Assembly: GCA_965208615.1 (NCBI GenBank) | Contig: CBDBPB010000004.1 | Span: 192,001-256,000, forward strand | Direction: 5' to 3' | Origin: Spirochaetota bacterium | GTDB taxonomy: Bacteria; Spirochaetota; UBA6919; CBDBPB01 | Length of the DNA stretch: 64,000 nt | In this document: positions 10,542 to 21,177 of the stretch, piece by piece | How the letters are laid out: every line of letters begins with the position of its first letter | How positions within the stretch are numbered: the first letter of the stretch is position 1 | The notes under the pieces: generated by a model | Database searches by the model: none | Told to the model about the DNA's origin: nothing | Seen by the model: the letters and a program-made list of their open reading frames with translations, nothing else | Position numbers and translations under genes: made by a program

Positions 10542-10862
10542 AATTCACCTCTACAATATAATAGGTTTAATGTTAGCTAAATGTAAACAAGACGTCAAGT
10601 AAAAAATAGCTAATAACTATTATTATTTTAACTGGCCAATTAATAAATATACAACTAATCTGTTAATATACTATATTATATAAAAGTTAAAGCTGTAATG
10701 CAACATTATATATAGCTATATTTAAATATATTTTAACTTGATTAAAGTTAACAAATAATAATATTTAACATAAACTTTTTTTAATAATAATTTCTTGTTA
10801 ACGATTTTTATATTAATTTTGTACTAATTAAAAGATAACTAATCTATAAAGCCGAGGTAGCT

Positions 10863-12572
10863 TTGAATAAATATATTTTCGTACTAATAATGTTAATATG
10901 CTCTAATACATTTGGAGCAAAAAAACAAACCTTTTGGTCTCTCACAATAGAAGGAATTATAAAAGATAAAATTAATAACGTCCCTCTTTTCTATGATATA
11001 AGAAATAGAAACCTTCAACCTATTTTAGAGTCCATTAACAAAGCTAAAAGTAATCCAAAAATTAATGGGATTATTCTAAAAATTAACTCTCCAATAACTG
11101 ATTTCGCCAAACTCCAAGAAATAATACAGGCTATAAAAAACTTTAAGGCTAAAGGAAAAACTGTTTATGTTTACAGCGAAACCCTTTCTAATAACGATTA
11201 TCTTTTAGCATCAGCCGCAAATAAAATATTTATATCCCCACAAGGTGGAGTGGAAATTAAAGGTATAGCTATTGAACTGCTTTTTATGAAGGATACCCTT
11301 GATATGTTAGGAATTGAACCAAACTTCTATCAAGTCGGAACCCATAAATCAGCCGCGGAAAACTTTACTAGATCAAAGGCATCAAAATATCAAAAGGAAT
11401 CAATTAACCTATTATTAGACGGCATACACAATGAAATGATAAAACTCATTTCTAAAAGCCGTAGCCTACCTATATCAAAAGTAAAAAAACTAATTGATAA
11501 GGGATATTTTACGCCTAAAGAAGCTAAACAATCTAAACTGATAGATGGTTACCTCTATGAAGACCTATTTCAAAGCTATATAAATAAAAAAGGAATTATA
11601 GTTATACCCCAAAAACAAACTAAAAAAAGATTCTCTATTTATCAGATATTTAAAGGATTAAGAAAAAAAACTAATAAAACCAATAGTACTAATAAAATTG
11701 CTATTGTTTTCGCCCAAGGAGCTATTATATCAGGTAAAAGTAGAATTGGCTTATTCTCAAGAGACTCTATTAGCTCCGATAACTATATAAAAATATTTAG
11801 AAAACTAAGAAAAAACAAGTCTATTAAGGCGGTTATAGTTAGAATTGATAGTCCTGGTGGTTCTGCTCTTGCATCAGACGTAATCTGGAGAGAAATAGTC
11901 TTACTTAGCAAGGTTAAACCTGTTATAGCTAGTCTTTCTGGTATAGCGGCATCTGGAGGATATTATATTGCTATGGCTTGTCCTACTATTGTTGCTAATC
12001 CAACCAGTATAACAGGTTCTATTGGTGTAGTCGGCGGTAAGTTTAACTTTAAAGGACTCTATGATAAAATTGGCTTCAAAAAAGAAATCTTTAAAAGAGG
12101 AAAAAAAGCTGACTTATTTAGTGATTACCGTAGCTGGACCAAAGAAGAAAGCCAGTTAATAAAAAAACAAATGAAATATGTATATAACTCCTTTGTGAGC
12201 AAAGTAGCTAAACAGCGTAATATTCCTTATAAAAAAATGCTTAATCTGGCTCAGGGAAAGGTATACACAGGTAGACAAGCTCTAAAAGTCGGCTTGATAG
12301 ATAAACTCGGAGGACTTTATAAAGCCATTACTATCGCTAGACAAAAAGCTAAGGATGATAAAAATCAGTTTAAAATAGTTAGCTATCCCAAAACCAAAAG
12401 CTTTATAGACCTTCTTAAGGGCAATATAAATATGCAAAATAAAACCGCTATAGAGCTCTGGAAAATAAACTCTACTTTATCAAAGGCTTTTAACTATTAT
12501 TTACTTGTTAATAAAATATTCCAAAAAGAACGAGTTGCACTTTTTATGCCTTTTATTATTAGCTATAAATAA
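10863..12572 (+). CDS. sppA: signal peptide peptidase SppA (protease IV, long form)
   Basis: RIDSPGGSA, AASGGYYIA and TGSIGVVG motifs; two-domain S49 layout. Confidence 0.93.
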   Translation: MNKYIFVLIMLICSNTFGAKKQTFWSLTIEGIIKDKINNVPLFYDIRNRNLQPILESINKAKSNPKINGIILKINSPITDFAKLQEIIQAIKNFKAKGKTVYVYSETLSNNDYLLASAANKIFISPQGGVEIKGIAIELLFMKDTLDMLGIEPNFYQVGTHKSAAENFTRSKASKYQKESINLLLDGIHNEMIKLISKSRSLPISKVKKLIDKGYFTPKEAKQSKLIDGYLYEDLFQSYINKKGIIVIPQKQTKKRFSIYQIFKGLRKKTNKTNSTNKIAIVFAQGAIISGKSRIGLFSRDSISSDNYIKIFRKLRKNKSIKAVIVRIDSPGGSALASDVIWREIVLLSKVKPVIASLSGIAASGGYYIAMACPTIVANPTSITGSIGVVGGKFNFKGLYDKIGFKKEIFKRGKKADLFSDYRSWTKEESQLIKKQMKYVYNSFVSKVAKQRNIPYKKMLNLAQGKVYTGRQALKVGLIDKLGGLYKAITIARQKAKDDKNQFKIVSYPKTKSFIDLLKGNINMQNKTAIELWKINSTLSKAFNYYLLVNKIFQKERVALFMPFIISYK

Positions 12573-12585
12573 TAAGGATTATGCT

Positions 12586-13566
12586 TTGTCAAAGGGAAAA
12601 GTATTAGTTACCGGCGGCAGTGGCTTTTTGGGAAGTCATCTTATAAATAAGCTCTTAAGTGAGGGATTTGAGGTTTTTGTTGCCACTAGACAGTGTTCTA
12701 ACCATAACTACTTATTAAACCTAAATATAAAAGAGATAGCTGTTGACTGGAATAATAATCAGCCTATTAAAAACCCTTTAGAAGTAGATTATGTAATACA
12801 CTGTGCCGGCACAACAAAAGCCCTTAACTATTATGAATACACTAAAGGGAATATATTACCCACTATAAAACTTCTAAAAGAAATAGACAAACAAAGACAT
12901 CGTATTAAACAATTTATTTTTATATCCACTCAGGCGGCGGCTGGTCCGTCTCCATTTTGTTATCCCATAAATGAAACCCATCAGCCTAAGCCTATTAGCG
13001 ATTACGGGCTTAGTAAACTAAAAGCAGAGATTGAGGTTCTTAAATATAAAAATCGATTTCCCATACTAATTTTAAGGCCATGTTCTATATATGGTCCAAG
13101 GGATTATGAGTTTTTACCTCTTTTTAGACTAATTAAAAATAATATTTCTCTTATAGTCGGTGACGGCACTAATCAGGTTAATATGATATACGTTAGCGAC
13201 TTTGTGGATATTATTATAAAATCAATTGCTAAGCTGTCAAAACCAATATACTTCGCTACTGACGGACATATTTATAACTGGAGCAAGATTATAAGTACTG
13301 CACAGGAGGTTTATGGTAAAAAACCTATTACAATTAAGCTTCCGATTTTCATACCCAAAGTGTTAGGTTTTATAAATGACTATATATCAAAGCTTAACAA
13401 AAAACCCAGTCTTCTTAACTCTCAAAAGATTAGGGAAATGATTGAGAAATATTGGCTTTGTGATCCTTCTATGCTATTTAGAGAAATAAACTTTAAACCT
13501 AAATATACCCTAAAACAAGGTTTTGAAAATACACTATCATGGTATAAGAAAGAAAATTGGTTATAA
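12586..13566 (+). CDS. NAD-dependent epimerase/dehydratase (extended SDR)
   Basis: VLVTGGSGFLG, YGLSK (YxxxK), LRPCSIYGPRD; likely TTG start at 12586 after AAGGA. Confidence 0.88.
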   Translation: MSKGKVLVTGGSGFLGSHLINKLLSEGFEVFVATRQCSNHNYLLNLNIKEIAVDWNNNQPIKNPLEVDYVIHCAGTTKALNYYEYTKGNILPTIKLLKEIDKQRHRIKQFIFISTQAAAGPSPFCYPINETHQPKPISDYGLSKLKAEIEVLKYKNRFPILILRPCSIYGPRDYEFLPLFRLIKNNISLIVGDGTNQVNMIYVSDFVDIIIKSIAKLSKPIYFATDGHIYNWSKIISTAQEVYGKKPITIKLPIFIPKVLGFINDYISKLNKKPSLLNSQKIREMIEKYWLCDPSMLFREINFKPKYTLKQGFENTLSWYKKENWL

Positions 13567-13902
13567 GCCCTATAAATAAAGGGATAACTATGTTAAAACC
13601 AATAGCTTATAGCATTTTAACAAATAAGAAAAGATATTATCGTCATTCTATATAACAAATATTACCCTATACCGCCTAATAAAAAAAATATAAATATTCT
13701 TTGTATCACACTGCATATAAAAACCTTATTCCCTTATATAAACAAACTAATAATACTTTGTTAGCAAATTATTTTTTACTTAAACATAGCCTTCCTAATC
13801 TATTATCTTGCAGAGTAAATTTAATCTATCCCCACGTCGAATAATAAGATTATGGCTATAACTTTATTGGTGCTACACTTAACATTTTAAGTTGGAGTTA
13901 AT

Positions 13903-14919
13903 ATGGTTGATGTTTTATCTCAAGAGGAAATTGATAGTTTATTAACAACAATTAGGCCAACTAAAAATAAAGAAGAGCCTAAAGATATTAGTACTACACG
14001 GCGTATAAAAATATACGATTTTAAAAGACCGGATAAGTTTTCTAAAGATCAAATTCGTACCATACAAATAATATATGAAACCTTTGCAAGACTAACTAGT
14101 ACTAGCCTTTCTGCACAGCTTAGGACTGTAATAAGTATGCATGTTGTCTCAGTCGATCAAATAACCTATGAAGAGTTTATAAGGGCTATTCCAAGCCCTA
14201 CTACCCTAGGACTTATTAAAATGGAACCTTTAAAAGGAAGTTCTATTTTAGAGATTGATCCAAAAGTTACTTTTAGCATCATTGATAGGCTTTTTGGCGG
14301 ACCTGGTACTGGCTCTAAAACAAATAGAGAGTTAACAGATATTGAATTAGCCGTTATGGAAAAGATTATTATATATATTGCTACTAGTCTTCGTGAAGCA
14401 TGGGCTAATGTAATCGATATAAGTACAAGACTTCAGAATATTGAAACTAATCCACAATTTGCTCAGGTAGTGCCTCCTAGTGATATGGTTGTTCTTATAA
14501 CCTTGGAGACCAAAGTTAATAATATTGAAGGTATAACTAATTTTTGTATTCCGTATATAACCCTAGAACCGCTTATTAATAAGCTAAGCGCACAATATTG
14601 GTACTCTAGTATTAAAAAAGGAGTTACTAATAAAAACTTTAACATGCTAAGAAGGGGAATATCTATTATGGAAGTAGAACTAACCGCTGAAATAGGTAAT
14701 ACTAGCATTAGTATAGAAGAACTTATTAGCCTGGAAGAAGGTGATATTATCAAGCTACCACAGTCTTACCTAAATGGCCAGTTAAAACTAAAAATAGGTA
14801 ATAAAAAAAAGTTTTCGTGTACTCCTGGATTAGTCGGGAAAAATGTTGCAGTTAAAATATCCAATGTTATTGAATACGGCTTAACTAATATATATAACAA
14901 CGTTAATAATATTAAATAG
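13903..14919 (+). CDS. fliM: flagellar motor switch protein FliM
   Basis: VLSQEEIDSLL CheY-binding N-terminus, YDFKRPDKFSKDQIRT, IETNPQFAQVVPP, C-terminal SpoA domain. Confidence 0.95.
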   Translation: MVDVLSQEEIDSLLTTIRPTKNKEEPKDISTTRRIKIYDFKRPDKFSKDQIRTIQIIYETFARLTSTSLSAQLRTVISMHVVSVDQITYEEFIRAIPSPTTLGLIKMEPLKGSSILEIDPKVTFSIIDRLFGGPGTGSKTNRELTDIELAVMEKIIIYIATSLREAWANVIDISTRLQNIETNPQFAQVVPPSDMVVLITLETKVNNIEGITNFCIPYITLEPLINKLSAQYWYSSIKKGVTNKNFNMLRRGISIMEVELTAEIGNTSISIEELISLEEGDIIKLPQSYLNGQLKLKIGNKKKFSCTPGLVGKNVAVKISNVIEYGLTNIYNNVNNIK

Positions 14920-15298
14920 CTATCCAGCCATCATTATCAGTTATATTATAGGTTTTAGTATTTTTTTCTAGTCTAAATGAGGATGTATCCTTTAAAACGC
15001 TTTCAAGTTCATTAAGATATTTAATAAAGCGTTCTTTGCCCTCTGATGTTATACGACAAATAGTTTGAGGCCTTTTATTCCTAAAGCCCTTCCATAGTTC
15101 AACAAGTCCTTCTTCCCTAAGATGTTGAATATGTCTACTAAGATTACCGTCAGTTAGGGAGCATAGTGATTTTAAGTCATTAAACAGCAATCCTGAACCA
15201 TTTACTACAAGGGATGACATAACACTAAGCCTAGCTTTTTCGTGTATAAGTCTATCCAAACCATTATATGCATATTTACCATCTTTAGTATTACTCAC
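14912..15298 (-). CDS. winged-helix transcriptional regulator (HTH_34-like)
   Basis: LDRLIHEKARLSVM...FNDLK...LTDGNLSRHIQHL...ITSEGKERF pattern. Confidence 0.85.
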   Translation of the reverse strand: MSNTKDGKYAYNGLDRLIHEKARLSVMSSLVVNGSGLLFNDLKSLCSLTDGNLSRHIQHLREEGLVELWKGFRNKRPQTICRITSEGKERFIKYLNELESVLKDTSSFRLEKNTKTYNITDNDGWIAI

Positions 15299-15581
15299 AA
15301 TATCACCTCTAATTAATTTTACGAGCTATCTATACTTTATATTTCATTTTACACAAAATATATTAATACTTTTTAAGATAATAGTTTACTTTATATTGTC
15401 AAGCAAAACTGCATAACCCTTATTAAGAAGGTATATTATACATAAAAGTAATAAAATTGCCTAAACCATAATTACTATAGCAAAAAAGCTAAGTTTATAC
15501 TCTATATAACTTGTTTTTCCCCGTATATTGGCTATATTTTCATAATACATTTAAGGCTCACCCATAAAAGGGGGATATAAA

Positions 15582-15740
15582 ATGAAAAAGTTATTTGTTG
15601 ATGCAATTGAAAAAGGTGACTATAAAGAGGTTGAGAGCTTAATATCTAAGGAAGCTAACATTAATGCAAAAAATAAAGATGGTAAAACTCCTTATGATTT
15701 AGCAAAAAATAAAGAAATAAGGCAGTTACTTAAAAAATAG
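15582..15740 (+). CDS. 52-aa mini ankyrin-repeat protein (below ORF-track cutoff)
   Basis: Translated by hand: MKKLFVDAIEKGDYKEVESLISKEANINAKNKDGKTPYDLAKNKEIRQLLKK*; AGGGGGA RBS; ankyrin motif ANINAKNKDGKTP. Confidence 0.7.
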   Translation: MKKLFVDAIEKGDYKEVESLISKEANINAKNKDGKTPYDLAKNKEIRQLLKK

Positions 15741-15955
15741 GTTTATCCTATAAGGCTTTTAGACTATCCTAAAGTGCTTTTTATTACAATATATTTATTA
15801 ACGTATAATGTCCTTTCATTGTTGCCAATTTATGTTAAACTTCTTATTATTTATATTCGCAATTAGTCTTAGGCTATTTACTATATTTATTACTTAGTAT
15901 TTTATGGTGTAATATTTATTTAGCTTAGCTAAGGCTTTCACATTGGAGAAGTACT

Positions 15956-17404
15956 ATGGAGAATAAGAAAGATAAAAATAACCTTTTTAAAAGGGAAGAG
16001 TATAAATATGGTTTTGTAACGGATATAGAGGCTGACGTATTTAAAAAAGGCTTGAATGAGGATGTTATACGAGCTATATCCAAAAAGAAGAGTGAGCCTC
16101 AGTTTATGTTAGACTTTAGATTAAAGGCTTATAAGAGTTGGCTTAAGATGAAGGCACCAAAATGGGCTAATTTAACCTATAAACCAATTGACTATCAGAA
16201 TATATCGTATTACTCGGCTCCAAAGCAAAAGGAGAAGTTAGATAGTCTTGATGACGTGCCAAAAGAGATATTAGATACATTTGATAAACTCGGTATACCC
16301 CTACAAGAGCAAAAGCGTTTATCTAATGTGGCTGTGGATGCTGTGTTTGATAGTGTTAGTGTTGCCACTACTCACAAAAAGAAGTTAATGGAACAGGGTA
16401 TTATATTTTGCCCTATTAGTGAGGCCATACAAGAGCATCCAGACTTAGTTAAGAAGTATATAGGTTCGGTTGTGCCTGTGGGGGATAACTTTTATGCCGC
16501 TCTTAATAGTGCGGTATTTACTGACGGTTCATTTGTTTATATACCGCCAAATACTAAGCCTACAATGGAGTTATCCACTTACTTTAGGATAAACACTGAA
16601 GAAACTGGACAGTTTGAAAGAACATTAATTATCTGTGATAATAATAGTTATGTATCATATTTAGAAGGTTGTACTGCTCCTCAGTTTGATACTAATCAAC
16701 TTCATGCCGCTGTTGTAGAACTGGTTGCCCTTGATAATTCAGAAATTAAGTATAGCACTGTACAAAACTGGTATGCTGGTGACCCTGAGACTGGATTAGG
16801 GGGTATTTATAACTTTGTTACCAAAAGAGGAAAGTGTATAGGTAATAAGTCCAAAATATCTTGGACCCAGGTTGAGACTGGATCTGCTATTACCTGGAAG
16901 TATCCAAGTTGTGTTTTATTAGGGGATCACTCAATTGGTGAGTTTTACTCAGTGGCTCTTACCAATGGCAAACAGCAGGCTGATACTGGCTCTAAAATGA
17001 TACACATTGGAAAAAATACTAAATCTACGATTATATCAAAAGGTATATCTGCTGATCACTCCAGTAACAGTTATCGTGGACTTGTTAGGGTTAATAGACC
17101 TTCTGATAAGGCAAGGAACTATACTCAATGTGATAGTATGTTAGTTGGTAACAGTTCTAGTGCACATACATTCCCTTATGTTGAGGCTTTAAACAGTTCT
17201 GCTAATTTAGAACATGAGGCATCAACGTCCAAGATTAGTGAGGAACAGTTATTCTACTTTCAGCAAAGGGGTATATCAAAAGAGGATGCCATTAGTACTA
17301 TTGTAAATGGGTTTTGTAAGGATGTGTTTAGGCATTTACCTATGGAGTTTGCTGTAGAGGCTCAGAGGCTTTTAGCTTTAAAGCTTGAGAATAGCGTTGG
17401 ATGA
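15956..17404 (+). CDS. sufB: Fe-S cluster assembly protein SufB
   Basis: [46 protein letters not shown]. Confidence 0.97.
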   Translation: MENKKDKNNLFKREEYKYGFVTDIEADVFKKGLNEDVIRAISKKKSEPQFMLDFRLKAYKSWLKMKAPKWANLTYKPIDYQNISYYSAPKQKEKLDSLDDVPKEILDTFDKLGIPLQEQKRLSNVAVDAVFDSVSVATTHKKKLMEQGIIFCPISEAIQEHPDLVKKYIGSVVPVGDNFYAALNSAVFTDGSFVYIPPNTKPTMELSTYFRINTEETGQFERTLIICDNNSYVSYLEGCTAPQFDTNQLHAAVVELVALDNSEIKYSTVQNWYAGDPETGLGGIYNFVTKRGKCIGNKSKISWTQVETGSAITWKYPSCVLLGDHSIGEFYSVALTNGKQQADTGSKMIHIGKNTKSTIISKGISADHSSNSYRGLVRVNRPSDKARNYTQCDSMLVGNSSSAHTFPYVEALNSSANLEHEASTSKISEEQLFYFQQRGISKEDAISTIVNGFCKDVFRHLPMEFAVEAQRLLALKLENSVG

Positions 17405-17427
17405 TTTTATTAGGAGTATAAAATATT

Positions 17428-18174
17428 ATGTTGGAGATAAAAGATTTAAAAGCTGGATATGAAGGGCTGGAGATTCTTAAGGGTATATCTCTTAAGGTTA
17501 AAAAGGGTGAAATACACTCTATAATGGGTCCTAATGGCTCGGGTAAGAGTACTTTATCCAAAATACTAACTGGACATCCATTATACGAGGTTATGGGTGG
17601 CTCTATAGTTTTTAATGGAGAGGATATTATAAACATAGAGGCTGATGAGCGGTCTTTAAAGGGGATTTTTTTAGCTTATCAATATCCTGTTGAGGTACCT
17701 GGGGTTAATAACGCTGAGTTCATTAGAATGGCTTATAACGCTAGATTAAAATATGAGGGTAAAGAGCCTGTTGACCCACTAGACTTTGAGGATATATTAA
17801 ATGATAAAATGAAACTTTTGGCTATGGATAGCAAATATAAAGAGCGATCTGTTAATGACGGCTTTTCTGGTGGTGAAAAAAAGAAAAATGAGATACTACA
17901 AATGGCTCTACTAGAGCCTAAGCTTACTATCTTGGATGAAATAGATTCTGGCTTAGATATTGATGCCCTTAGGATAGTTGCTGAGGGGGTTAATTCATTA
18001 ATTAATAGTGATAATGCCCTAATTGTTATAACACACTATCCCAGACTCCTTGAGTATATAAAACCTCATTATGTTCATATTCTTAGCGGGGGACAAATAG
18101 TTAGGTCTGGTGGTTTTGATTTAGCTTTAGAGTTGGAATCCAGTGGATATGACAAGATAATCGCTAAGGCTTAA
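17428..18174 (+). CDS. sufC: Fe-S cluster assembly ATPase SufC
   Basis: GPNGSGKST Walker A, GFSGGEKKKNEILQ, LDEIDSGLDIDAL. Confidence 0.97.
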   Translation: MLEIKDLKAGYEGLEILKGISLKVKKGEIHSIMGPNGSGKSTLSKILTGHPLYEVMGGSIVFNGEDIINIEADERSLKGIFLAYQYPVEVPGVNNAEFIRMAYNARLKYEGKEPVDPLDFEDILNDKMKLLAMDSKYKERSVNDGFSGGEKKKNEILQMALLEPKLTILDEIDSGLDIDALRIVAEGVNSLINSDNALIVITHYPRLLEYIKPHYVHILSGGQIVRSGGFDLALELESSGYDKIIAKA

Positions 18175-18184
18175 AGGGGGTATA

Positions 18185-19489
18185 GTGTCTAATAAAAATG
18201 AGATAGAAATAATAAATAATCACAACCACTTCATAAGAAACCATGCTGACTCAGCTATTAAGCCTATTAATGAAAAGGCAATTGAGCGGTTTAAGTTATT
18301 AGGACTGCCTAATACAAAGCATGAGATGTATACATTTGTTAATACAAAAGATATATTATCTAGGTCATTTGATATAGTTTATAAAAATAGAGAAGCCGCT
18401 GATCCTGAATGTGTTAGGTTCCACACTTATTCTGGGTGTGAAAATAGTCTTATAGTTTTAGTAGATGGCTTTTTTAATAAAAACTTATCTAACACATCTG
18501 CTATAGATAAAAATATTAATATAAGCTCATTAAATAATATTATCAACCATGAATATATTGATTATGCTACTGACTATATTAATAAAGAGAATGATATTTT
18601 TGCCTTATTGAATATCAGTTTTATTAACAAAGGATTAGTACTTAATATAAATAGTGATTTAGATATACCCATACAGATTTTAAATATATCTCTTGGCTCT
18701 AGTAGTGACCTGGTAACTAGTAATACTAACGTTCTTATTAGAATAGGTCACGGGGTTAAGGCTAAACTAATAAACAAGTTTGTTAGTGCTTCTGGGAAAT
18801 ACTTTGTAAACTCTTTACAAAATATTGACCTTAGTTCTAATGCGGAATTATATTATACTCAAGTACAAAATGATCATAAAAACAGTTGGCACTTTTCTAA
18901 ATCTGTTATCAGTCTATCTGATAATAGTAAATTTATGGCCACTAATACGTCTTCTGGGAATAGGCTGACCAGACATCATTATGATATTAGCTTTATGGGA
19001 AATAATAGTAAGCTATCCCTTAATAGTTTGGCTATTCTGGAGGGTGAAGAACAGGTTCATAATTATGTTAGAGTTAACCATGATGGTTTAGGTTGCACTT
19101 CTAACCAGAACTTTAGAAATATACTTAACAATAAGGCTAGGACAAGTGTTGATACAACTGTAGTTGTTAACAAGGATGCAAGGCTTACTAAGTCGGATCA
19201 GCTTATTAATAATCTAATGCTATCCGAGAATGCCAGAGCTGATGCTAAACCTAACCTTATGATATTTAACGATGATGTTAAATGTACGCATGGAGCCACT
19301 GTTGGACAGATTAATGATGATCAGTTATTATATTTAAAATCTAGAGGGCTTTCTGATAGAGAGGCAAGGTCATTACTAACTACTGGTTTTGCAAAAGGCA
19401 TTGTAGAGTATATACCCCATAAACCTGTGGCAACTAATATTTATAATACACTGTTTAGAAAGTTGGAGGGAACTTATGATAAAAAATAG
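18185..19489 (+). CDS. sufD: Fe-S cluster assembly protein SufD
   Basis: KPNLMIFNDDVKCTHGATVGQ; position in the suf operon. Confidence 0.93.
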   Translation: MSNKNEIEIINNHNHFIRNHADSAIKPINEKAIERFKLLGLPNTKHEMYTFVNTKDILSRSFDIVYKNREAADPECVRFHTYSGCENSLIVLVDGFFNKNLSNTSAIDKNINISSLNNIINHEYIDYATDYINKENDIFALLNISFINKGLVLNINSDLDIPIQILNISLGSSSDLVTSNTNVLIRIGHGVKAKLINKFVSASGKYFVNSLQNIDLSSNAELYYTQVQNDHKNSWHFSKSVISLSDNSKFMATNTSSGNRLTRHHYDISFMGNNSKLSLNSLAILEGEEQVHNYVRVNHDGLGCTSNQNFRNILNNKARTSVDTTVVVNKDARLTKSDQLINNLMLSENARADAKPNLMIFNDDVKCTHGATVGQINDDQLLYLKSRGLSDREARSLLTTGFAKGIVEYIPHKPVATNIYNTLFRKLEGTYDKK

Positions 19490-20711
19490 TCTTATTGATG
19501 TGGATAAGATTCGTATAGATTTCCCTATATTGTCGAGGGTTATTGGTGATAAGCCATTAGTTTATTTGGATAATGGGGCTACTACGCAAAAGCCTTTACA
19601 GGTTATAGACCGTGTTAGGCAGTTTGACACAGAAGAATACGCTAACATACATAGAGGATCATATAAACTTGGGGAACGCTCCACTGAGTTATATCATAGC
19701 ACTAGAGAGAAGGTAGCTAAGTTTATTGGTAGTTCTAACTCTAAAGAGATAATATTCACTAGTGGGACTACACAATCAATTAATTTAGTTGCACATAGTT
19801 ATGGAAGGTCATTTATTAAAGAAGGCGATGAGATTATTATATCCCACATGGAACACCATGCTAATATTGTACCATGGCAGGTATTATGCGATGAAGTGGG
19901 AGCTATCCTTAAAGTTATACCTATTAACGATGACGGTGAGATTATTATTGAGGAATATAAAAAGCTATTATCTAAAAAGACTAAGATGGTGGCTATTACT
20001 TATATATCAAATTCCCTTGGCACTATAAACCCTGTTAAAGATATTACGGCTATGGCACACTCAGTCGGGGCAAAGGTGCTAATAGATGGTGCACAGTCTA
20101 CCCCTCATACAAAGGTTGACGTTAAAGATATTGATTGTGATTTTTATTGTTTTTCTGGTCATAAGATGTTTGCTCCCACTGGTGTTGGAGTTTTATATGG
20201 AAAGTTTGATCTTTTGAACTCTATGCCACCTTATATTACTGGTGGTGATATGATAAATTATGTATCCTTTGAAAAAAAGACCACTTATAACAAGCCTCCA
20301 AGCAAGTTTGAGGCAGGTACACCTCCTATATCTCAGGTTATTGGGTTGGGTACTGCTATTGACTATCTTAACAATATTGGCATGGATAACATTAGTCTTT
20401 ACGAAAGAGAGTTACTTAAGTATGCCACTAATACTTTATCCAAAATACCTGAGCTAAAGATTATTGGTACGGCAAAGCATAAGGCTAGTATAATTTCTTT
20501 TGTATTGGATGTTGTTCATCCTCATGACGTGGTTACCTTTTTGGATAGTGATGGTATTGCCTGTAGAGGCGGACATCATTGTACTCAACCTCTTATGCAG
20601 CGATTTAATATTCCTGCAACTACAAGGGCATCTATGGCTTTTTACAATAAGTTTGAAGAGATTGATATTTTAGCTAAGAGCATAAAAAAGGTTATTGAGG
20701 TATTTAAGTAA
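19476..20711 (+). CDS. sufS: cysteine desulfurase SufS
   Basis: YLDNGATTQKP, MEHHANIVPW, SGHKMF (PLP Lys), CRGGHHCTQP. Confidence 0.96.
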   Translation: MIKNSLIDVDKIRIDFPILSRVIGDKPLVYLDNGATTQKPLQVIDRVRQFDTEEYANIHRGSYKLGERSTELYHSTREKVAKFIGSSNSKEIIFTSGTTQSINLVAHSYGRSFIKEGDEIIISHMEHHANIVPWQVLCDEVGAILKVIPINDDGEIIIEEYKKLLSKKTKMVAITYISNSLGTINPVKDITAMAHSVGAKVLIDGAQSTPHTKVDVKDIDCDFYCFSGHKMFAPTGVGVLYGKFDLLNSMPPYITGGDMINYVSFEKKTTYNKPPSKFEAGTPPISQVIGLGTAIDYLNNIGMDNISLYERELLKYATNTLSKIPELKIIGTAKHKASIISFVLDVVHPHDVVTFLDSDGIACRGGHHCTQPLMQRFNIPATTRASMAFYNKFEEIDILAKSIKKVIEVFK

Positions 20712-21157
20712 TGTCATATACTAGTGAGCTTTATCAGCAGGTTATTTTAGACCACAATCGTAGTCCAAGGAACTTTAGGTCTATGGATCATGGTGATCAT
20801 TGTGATGGTAAAAACCCATTATGCGGGGATGAGATAACCGTATTTATTGATGTGGACGGTGATGTTATTAAGGATATTAGTTTTCATGGTTCTGGTTGTG
20901 CAATATCAAAGGCGAGTTCGTCCATGATGACTATGGCTATTAAGGGTAAGAGAGTTAGTGAGGCAAGGCTTATGTTTAGCGAGTTCCATAAAATGATAAA
21001 GGATGAGTTTGACCCAAATAAGACTGACAATCATCTCGGAAAGCTAAAAGTATTTATGGGCGTTAGGGAGTATCCATCAAGGACTAAGTGTGCAACCCTT
21101 CCATGGCATACTATGGTATGTGCGTTAAATAAAGAAGGAGAGATATCTACTGAATAA
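20711..21157 (+). CDS. sufU: SufU/NifU-like scaffold
   Basis: NPLCGD, GSGCAISKAS, RTKCATLPWH. Confidence 0.93.
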   Translation: MSYTSELYQQVILDHNRSPRNFRSMDHGDHCDGKNPLCGDEITVFIDVDGDVIKDISFHGSGCAISKASSSMMTMAIKGKRVSEARLMFSEFHKMIKDEFDPNKTDNHLGKLKVFMGVREYPSRTKCATLPWHTMVCALNKEGEISTE

Positions 21158-21177
21158 ATACATAGGGAAATTAATTT

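Noticed and set aside
3193-19507. DnaA boxes (TTATCCACA at 3193, 4527 and 10534; reverse complement at 19499) as oriC
   Set aside because: Scattered single boxes, within or overlapping coding sequence, with no cluster and no dnaA/dnaN nearby.
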